This document shows positions 59,250 to 64,000 of a stretch of DNA of 64,000 bases, one piece after another; within the stretch, counting starts at the first letter, position 1; each line of letters begins with the position of its first letter. Both the position numbers and the translations under genes were made by a program. Where the stretch lies: contig JAIOYP010000003.1 of assembly GCA_021741155.1 (NCBI GenBank), positions 74,295 to 138,294 of the forward strand, in the 5' to 3' direction. Source of the DNA: Flavobacteriales bacterium (GTDB lineage Bacteria > Bacteroidota > Bacteroidia > UBA10329). Under the pieces are notes generated by a model, which saw nothing but the letters and a program-made list of their open reading frames with translations, had not been told where the DNA came from and made no database searches.

Positions 59250-59954
59250 ATGATGTTGGAAATGAAGCGAACAATAAGACTGATACTGGCTTGCGCTGGA
59301 CTTGCTGTTTTGGCAAAACCAACTCAGGCACAAACAGTTTACGAGCTTCAGATTGACAGCATCATTGCGTTTCCAGACACGGTAGAAAACGGAGCCACGG
59401 TTTCGTTTTATATGATGGTGTCGATACAGAACACCCCACTCCTCTATCAAGGAAATATCTTTTTGGAGTTGGAATATGGAAACAGCTTTTATGCTGTTGA
59501 TTCCGTTGAAAGCGCAATGGCCTTTCTCAGCCCCAACTACCCAAATACTATTCACGCTACGCATCGTTTTACCACCGAAAATGATTTAAGCATTGGCGAT
59601 AACGTGGTTGTAGTTTGGCCTCGAATAGGAAACGGAACCAATCCGCCACAAGTGGTGCTAAATCCTTATGAAACCATAGTGACTTTGGTTGAACCCAATG
59701 GAATCCAGCATTCTGGCAAGAATCAAAGGCCATTTTTCTACCCCAACCCCGCCAATTCCACCATAGGCTTTGAGCAAGATCAATTTCATGAAATCAGTTT
59801 CATTGAAGTGCATGACGCCTTTGGCAGGATGGTTCTTCGTTCAGAACCAACTGTTCAAGTAGATGTTTCTAATCTTCCAGTTGGAGTCTATTTGATTAGT
59901 ACGATTTCTGACAATCAAATGGCGCGTTCTGAGAGGTTGGTGATTTTCCACTAA
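59250..59954 (+). CDS. Secreted protein with a T9SS type A (Por_Secre_tail) C-terminal sorting domain
   Basis: Signal peptide. C-terminus FFYPNPANSTIGF...VSNLPVGVYLISTISDNQMARSERLVIF. Confidence 0.6.
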   Translation: MMLEMKRTIRLILACAGLAVLAKPTQAQTVYELQIDSIIAFPDTVENGATVSFYMMVSIQNTPLLYQGNIFLELEYGNSFYAVDSVESAMAFLSPNYPNTIHATHRFTTENDLSIGDNVVVVWPRIGNGTNPPQVVLNPYETIVTLVEPNGIQHSGKNQRPFFYPNPANSTIGFEQDQFHEISFIEVHDAFGRMVLRSEPTVQVDVSNLPVGVYLISTISDNQMARSERLVIFH

Positions 59955-60017
59955 TCAACCATAATCCAAAGGTTAAAGGGCTAAACCAATCGGTTACCTT
60001 TGCACCAAAATTTGGAC

Positions 60018-61949
60018 ATGGCCTTTCCGAAATACTGCAATAGCCTAACTAGTTACAGCCGTATTCGCACACGCGAAGTAAAAGTTGGAAACATCGGAAT
60101 TGGTGGTAACAACCCGATTCGGGTGCAATCAATGACCACTACTGATACCATGGATACGGAAGCCACCGTGGCACAAAGCATCCGCATGATTGATGCTGGG
60201 TGCGAGTTGGTTCGAATTACCGCTCCTAGCATAAAAGAGGCCGAGAACTTGGCTAATATCAAAGCGGAATTGCGTAAGCGGGGATATAATACTCCTATTT
60301 GTGCCGACATCCACTTTACGCCTAATGCTGCTGAGATTGCCGCTACCATCGTTGAGAAGGTGCGGGTGAATCCTGGGAATTATGCAGACAAGAAGAAGTT
60401 TGAGACGATAGAATACACTGATGAATCCTATAAAAATGAACTAGCCCGAATTCGCGAGCGATTCATTCCGCTTATTGAAATTTGTAAAAAGCACGGAACA
60501 GCCATGCGCATTGGCACCAATCACGGATCGCTTTCGGATAGAATTCTAAGCCGTTATGGTGATACGCCTCTTGGAATGGTAGAATCCGCGATGGAATTCC
60601 TGCGCATTTGTCGTGAGTTTGATTTCCATGAAATTGTGCTTTCCATGAAGGCGAGCAACACGCAGGTTATGGTGCAGACATATAGATTATTGGTTGCAAC
60701 CATGATGGAAAATGGAATGCATTATCCACTTCATTTGGGAGTTACAGAAGCTGGAGAAGGAGAAGACGGCCGTATCAAATCTGCCGTTGGAATCGGAACA
60801 CTTTTAGAAGACGGTCTGGGAGATACCGTTCGCGTTTCTTTGACTGAAGACCCCGAATTTGAGATTCCCGTGGCGCAGGCTTTGGTAGCGCGATATGATA
60901 AACGTTCTTGTCATGAGACGATAACTAAATATGCTGAGTACCCGATTAATCCGTTTCAATTCTTTAAACGGAATACAGATGTGGTACTAAATATTGGTGG
61001 AGAGAATGTGCCGCGCGTAATTGCTGATTTATCGGATAAAGAAAGTATCACCGCTGCAAATCTCTTTGCTTTTGGATACAATTATTCCGTTCAATCCGAT
61101 AAATGGAATCTGACCGATCAGGCGTGTGATTTCCTCTTTATCGACAACAAGCAAGTTGATTTTGAGATTCCTGGAACTTTGGGAATCATTCAGAACGCTG
61201 AGACTTGGAACGGCACGAAAGAACGGCATTATCCGCTTTTCGATGCGGAATCATACTTGAATTCAGGAAGTGTTTCCAAAGAAATAAACTTTGTACTAGC
61301 AGAAATTAAAAACCTAACGGAAGATTTCATTTCACTTCTTCAAAAGGATAAAACCGCAGTCCTAATCCTTCAATCAGAACACGAAAACGCATTAGCAGAA
61401 ATGCGAAGAGCCATTGCTTTATTTATGGAAAGTAATTTGAATGTTCCTGTTATCATTAAGCGAAACTATAGGTTGGATGAAAATGGATTCCAGCTTTATT
61501 CAGCTACAGATCTTGGAGGATTGCTTGTTGATGGTCTTGGTGACGGTTGCTGGATAACGAACCCAGGCGTACCGAACAAGGTTATAAATAGTACGTCTTT
61601 CGGAATTCTCCAAGCCGCACGTGCCCGAACCTCAAAGACAGAATACATTTCTTGTCCGAGTTGTGGTAGAACCCTTTTCGATTTGCAAGAAACAACGGCC
61701 AAAATTCGAAACCGAACGGATCACCTGAAAGGAATAAAAATTGGCATTATGGGCTGCATCGTTAATGGCCCAGGAGAGATGGCCGATGCAGACTACGGTT
61801 ACGTAGGCACTGGAAAGGGCAAAATAACCCTCTATAAAGGACAAGACGTGGTTAAGCGCAACATTCCATCCGAAGGAGCATTGGAAGCCTTAGAAGAGCT
61901 TATTAAGACAAATGGCGATTGGGTAGAACGTCCAACGGTGGAAGCATAA
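60018..61949 (+). CDS. ispG: 4-hydroxy-3-methylbut-2-enyl diphosphate synthase, long form with an inserted domain
   Basis: MAFPKYCNSLTSYSRIRTREVKVGNIGIGGNNPIRVQSMTTT. C-terminal [4Fe-4S] cysteines (CPSCGRT...GC). About 640 aa, typical of the Bacteroidota and Chlamydia type. The longer ORF begins with TTG at 60000. Confidence 0.9.
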   Translation: MAFPKYCNSLTSYSRIRTREVKVGNIGIGGNNPIRVQSMTTTDTMDTEATVAQSIRMIDAGCELVRITAPSIKEAENLANIKAELRKRGYNTPICADIHFTPNAAEIAATIVEKVRVNPGNYADKKKFETIEYTDESYKNELARIRERFIPLIEICKKHGTAMRIGTNHGSLSDRILSRYGDTPLGMVESAMEFLRICREFDFHEIVLSMKASNTQVMVQTYRLLVATMMENGMHYPLHLGVTEAGEGEDGRIKSAVGIGTLLEDGLGDTVRVSLTEDPEFEIPVAQALVARYDKRSCHETITKYAEYPINPFQFFKRNTDVVLNIGGENVPRVIADLSDKESITAANLFAFGYNYSVQSDKWNLTDQACDFLFIDNKQVDFEIPGTLGIIQNAETWNGTKERHYPLFDAESYLNSGSVSKEINFVLAEIKNLTEDFISLLQKDKTAVLILQSEHENALAEMRRAIALFMESNLNVPVIIKRNYRLDENGFQLYSATDLGGLLVDGLGDGCWITNPGVPNKVINSTSFGILQAARARTSKTEYISCPSCGRTLFDLQETTAKIRNRTDHLKGIKIGIMGCIVNGPGEMADADYGYVGTGKGKITLYKGQDVVKRNIPSEGALEALEELIKTNGDWVERPTVEA

Positions 61950-61975
61950 AAAAAGGAGCCAAATAGCTCCTTTTC
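61948..61975. terminator. Bidirectional rho-independent terminator
   Basis: AAAAAGGAGC-CAAATA-GCTCCTTTT, between convergent ispG and the small secreted protein gene. Confidence 0.65.
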
Positions 61976-61997
61976 AATTCTAACTTATTGAGAAGTA

Positions 61998-62291
61998 TTA
62001 CTTCTTCTTTTTCTCTTCTTTCCAAGTCTCGCCAGAAAGCGTTTCCCACTTGGCTTTCATTCCTGCAATACGCACTAGTTCTGCTTCATAGTCAACTTTA
62101 CCGTTGTCCTTGTTAGCCTCAACCTTTTCCGTGTATTGAGTAATTCTAGCCTTCAACGCGTCTGCTTCTTTCTTCACGTTCTCAGCATTACGCTCAGTCG
62201 TTTCTGTTGCTGCTGCCTTATCCTGTGCCAGTACTTCAACAGTAGTCAATGTGAATGCCGAAACTGCGATTATCAAAAAAATCTTTTTCAT
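61998..62291 (-). CDS. Small secreted Lys/Glu-rich protein (hypothetical)
   Basis: Signal peptide MKKIFLIIAVSAFTLTTVEVLAQ. Charged helical remainder. 97 aa from the ATG at 62291. Confidence 0.4.
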   Translation of the reverse strand: MKKIFLIIAVSAFTLTTVEVLAQDKAAATETTERNAENVKKEADALKARITQYTEKVEANKDNGKVDYEAELVRIAGMKAKWETLSGETWKEEKKKK

Positions 62292-62325
62292 GTCGTTTGA
62301 ATTATTTGGATTATAAAAATAGATA

Positions 62326-62359
62326 TAAAAAAAGAGCCGCACCAAAAGGCACGGCTCTT
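62326..62359 (-). terminator. Rho-independent terminator of the large T9SS cargo gene
   Basis: The minus strand reads AAGAGCCG-N12-CGGCTCTTTTTTTATAT. A 7-bp stem then a T-run, 20 nt after the stop at 62380. Confidence 0.6.
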
Positions 62360-62379
62360 CTCAATTAATTATCAGTTTA

Positions 62380-64000
62380 TTAGTTAATCTGAATTTTGCG
62401 AGTAACTAGACCTTCAAGAGTCGCTACTTGTAGCAAGTACGTACCACTTGCCAAATTCAAGTTCAAATCTTTACGGAAACTGTTGTTCAATACAACTCCT
62501 TCGTTGTAAACCTGACGGCCTGCAACATCTAGAACTACAATCTGAACATCTGCTTCTACACCTGATACCTCAACCACAAACTGACCGTTTGATGGGTTTG
62601 GATAAACTTCCATTCCTCTTTCAACCGCCTCAGCAATTGTTGTTGGGATATCAGTTACCTGAATTGCTTCGCAGTACTCTGAAGTACATCCGTTCGCATC
62701 CGTTACGGTCAAACAAACAGTGTACGAACCATCTGCAGCGTAAACATTTGTTGGAGATGCATCTGTTGATGAGTTACCATCACCGAAATCCCATGCGTAA
62801 TCAGTGATACTACTAGATGTAGTACTTGCATCTGTAAAGGCTACAGAAAGACCAGTAGCAACATATGTGAAAGCTGCATCAACAGTTGTTTCAGTCAACG
62901 TCACAAGCGCATCTCCTTCCTCACCATCATAACCATCGACCTGAACAAAGTATGTTTCTCCCGGAGTCAATCCGCAAAGAACAACTTGACTAGTCAATGT
63001 GGATCCAGTTGCATCTGGGTTGTCATCATTGGCACCTTCAAGAACGGCAGTTCCTGAAACAAGATCCTGACAGCTAACCGCTGAATAAACAGCCAGTTGT
63101 GTATCGAAATCAGAACCATCGGTAGATACAATAACATTACCGGAAGCTGGAGCTTCAAATGTGAACCAGATGCTGTTTTCAAGTGTAAGCGAGAAACTAC
63201 ACCATCCGTCTTGAGATTGACAAGAACCGTCTACGCCTGTTCCTCCACCTGGAAGCGCTTCTCCTGCCTCAGTTGTTGCTGAAACGTTAGAGAATGGTCC
63301 ATTAGCACCTAGAACAAGTGCACTTGCATCACAAACATTATCGTTTGATGGTGCTGGCGGAGGCGTTACACACGTAAGCGTGAGGTCAAAATCACCCGAT
63401 TCTGCACTAAATCCAGACACATAGATGTAGTATGTCTCACCACTCACTGTTGCTACATCAGCAACTGTTGATGTGTTACCTGTACAATTGAAGTCATCAT
63501 CATTACCATCAACACAAACTAATGCGCCACATGAACCTGAGAAAATACCAATCTTAGTATCGTAATCTGCAGCATCACACGTTGTAACAGTAATATCTGA
63601 ACCATCACTTACCCAAGAGTACCAAACACCTGGAGCAGAGGTAAGACTAGTTCCGCAGGTTCCAAGCGTTGCATCAGCAGTAGCACCAACCGTAGTACCT
63701 GATGTTGTGCTTCCACACGTAACGGCTATTGCCCCAGAACACAGGTCGTTTGCAGGTCCGCAAAGCTCAACCGTAATAGGAGCTCCAGCAGCATCAAGAT
63801 TTGCACAGATGCTTCCACCTCCTTGTACAAGAGAAGGAAGGACATCCAACGCACTGGTAGTACCCAATACAACACCACTCAAATCGAGTGTAGCAGGATT
63901 GTAAACCAACGTGTGAATGATGTAATCTCCTTCAGCAGTCACTGTGAAATCTGGTGTTGCTCCTACTTGCTCAATAATCAAACCTGGGTTTGATGTAAGA
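62380..64000 (-). CDS. Secreted adhesin-like protein with a PKD domain and a T9SS type A C-terminal sorting domain (N-terminus outside the window)
   Basis: PKD signature ITDYAWDFGDGNSSTDASPTNVYAADGSYTVCLTVTDANGC. C-terminus EVYPNPSNGQFVVEV...ASGTYLLQVATLEGLVTRKIQIN. The ORF is open to the window edge. Confidence 0.65.
   Translation of the reverse strand, partial: LTSNPGLIIEQVGATPDFTVTAEGDYIIHTLVYNPATLDLSGVVLGTTSALDVLPSLVQGGGSICANLDAAGAPITVELCGPANDLCSGAIAVTCGSTTSGTTVGATADATLGTCGTSLTSAPGVWYSWVSDGSDITVTTCDAADYDTKIGIFSGSCGALVCVDGNDDDFNCTGNTSTVADVATVSGETYYIYVSGFSAESGDFDLTLTCVTPPPAPSNDNVCDASALVLGANGPFSNVSATTEAGEALPGGGTGVDGSCQSQDGWCSFSLTLENSIWFTFEAPASGNVIVSTDGSDFDTQLAVYSAVSCQDLVSGTAVLEGANDDNPDATGSTLTSQVVLCGLTPGETYFVQVDGYDGEEGDALVTLTETTVDAAFTYVATGLSVAFTDASTTSSSITDYAWDFGDGNSSTDASPTNVYAADGSYTVCLTVTDANGCTSEYCEAIQVTDIPTTIAEAVERGMEVYPNPSNGQFVVEVSGVEADVQIVVLDVAGRQVYNEGVVLNNSFRKDLNLNLASGTYLLQVATLEGLVTRKIQIN

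Noticed and set aside
1-64000. CRISPR arrays, rRNA, riboswitches (FMN upstream of ribE, TPP upstream of dxs, SAM upstream of metF), sigma-54 -24/-12 elements
   Set aside because: I saw no regularly spaced direct repeats. ribE and metF have essentially no 5-prime intergenic space. None of the TGGCAC occurrences has a correctly spaced TTGC.

Overview
This is a 64-kb chromosomal window from a Bacteroidota genome. Gene content and promoter motifs look Flavobacteriia-like, GC is about 40% by eye, and there is no Shine-Dalgarno dependence. Coding density is high and most genes are housekeeping: rimP-nusA-infB, yceD-rpmF-fabH-accB-accC, pdhA-E2, murF, dxs, ispF, ispG, metF, ribE, pdxA, cdd and an acyl-CoA dehydrogenase. 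Four things stand out. First, a core type IX secretion and gliding locus: murF-gldJ-PorP/SprF, divergent from porU-porV. At least four T9SS cargo genes lie elsewhere in the window, two with type B C-terminal domains and two with type A. Second, an accessory terminal-oxidase cluster (cyoE, two subunit III genes, subunit IV, SCO1, DUF420) that follows infB with a 21-nt gap. Third, an IS200/RAYT-like HUH transposase islet with raised GC and flanking hairpins. Fourth, a PIN-domain toxin-antitoxin module at the left edge. Other notable items are a tRNA-Val(GAC), tandem NhaD-type antiporter paralogs translationally coupled to a Glu/Leu/Phe/Val-dehydrogenase-family gene, tandem paralogous lipoproteins, a glycine-rich secreted protein with tail-fibre-like N-terminal modules, and a PdxA with an RGD-repeat tail. 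I found no CRISPR array and no rRNA. I also found no convincing multi-gene defense island. The candidates for undescribed biology are the hypothetical-protein operons flagged in the findings. All calls rest on motif-level reading of the six-frame translations; no database searches were run.
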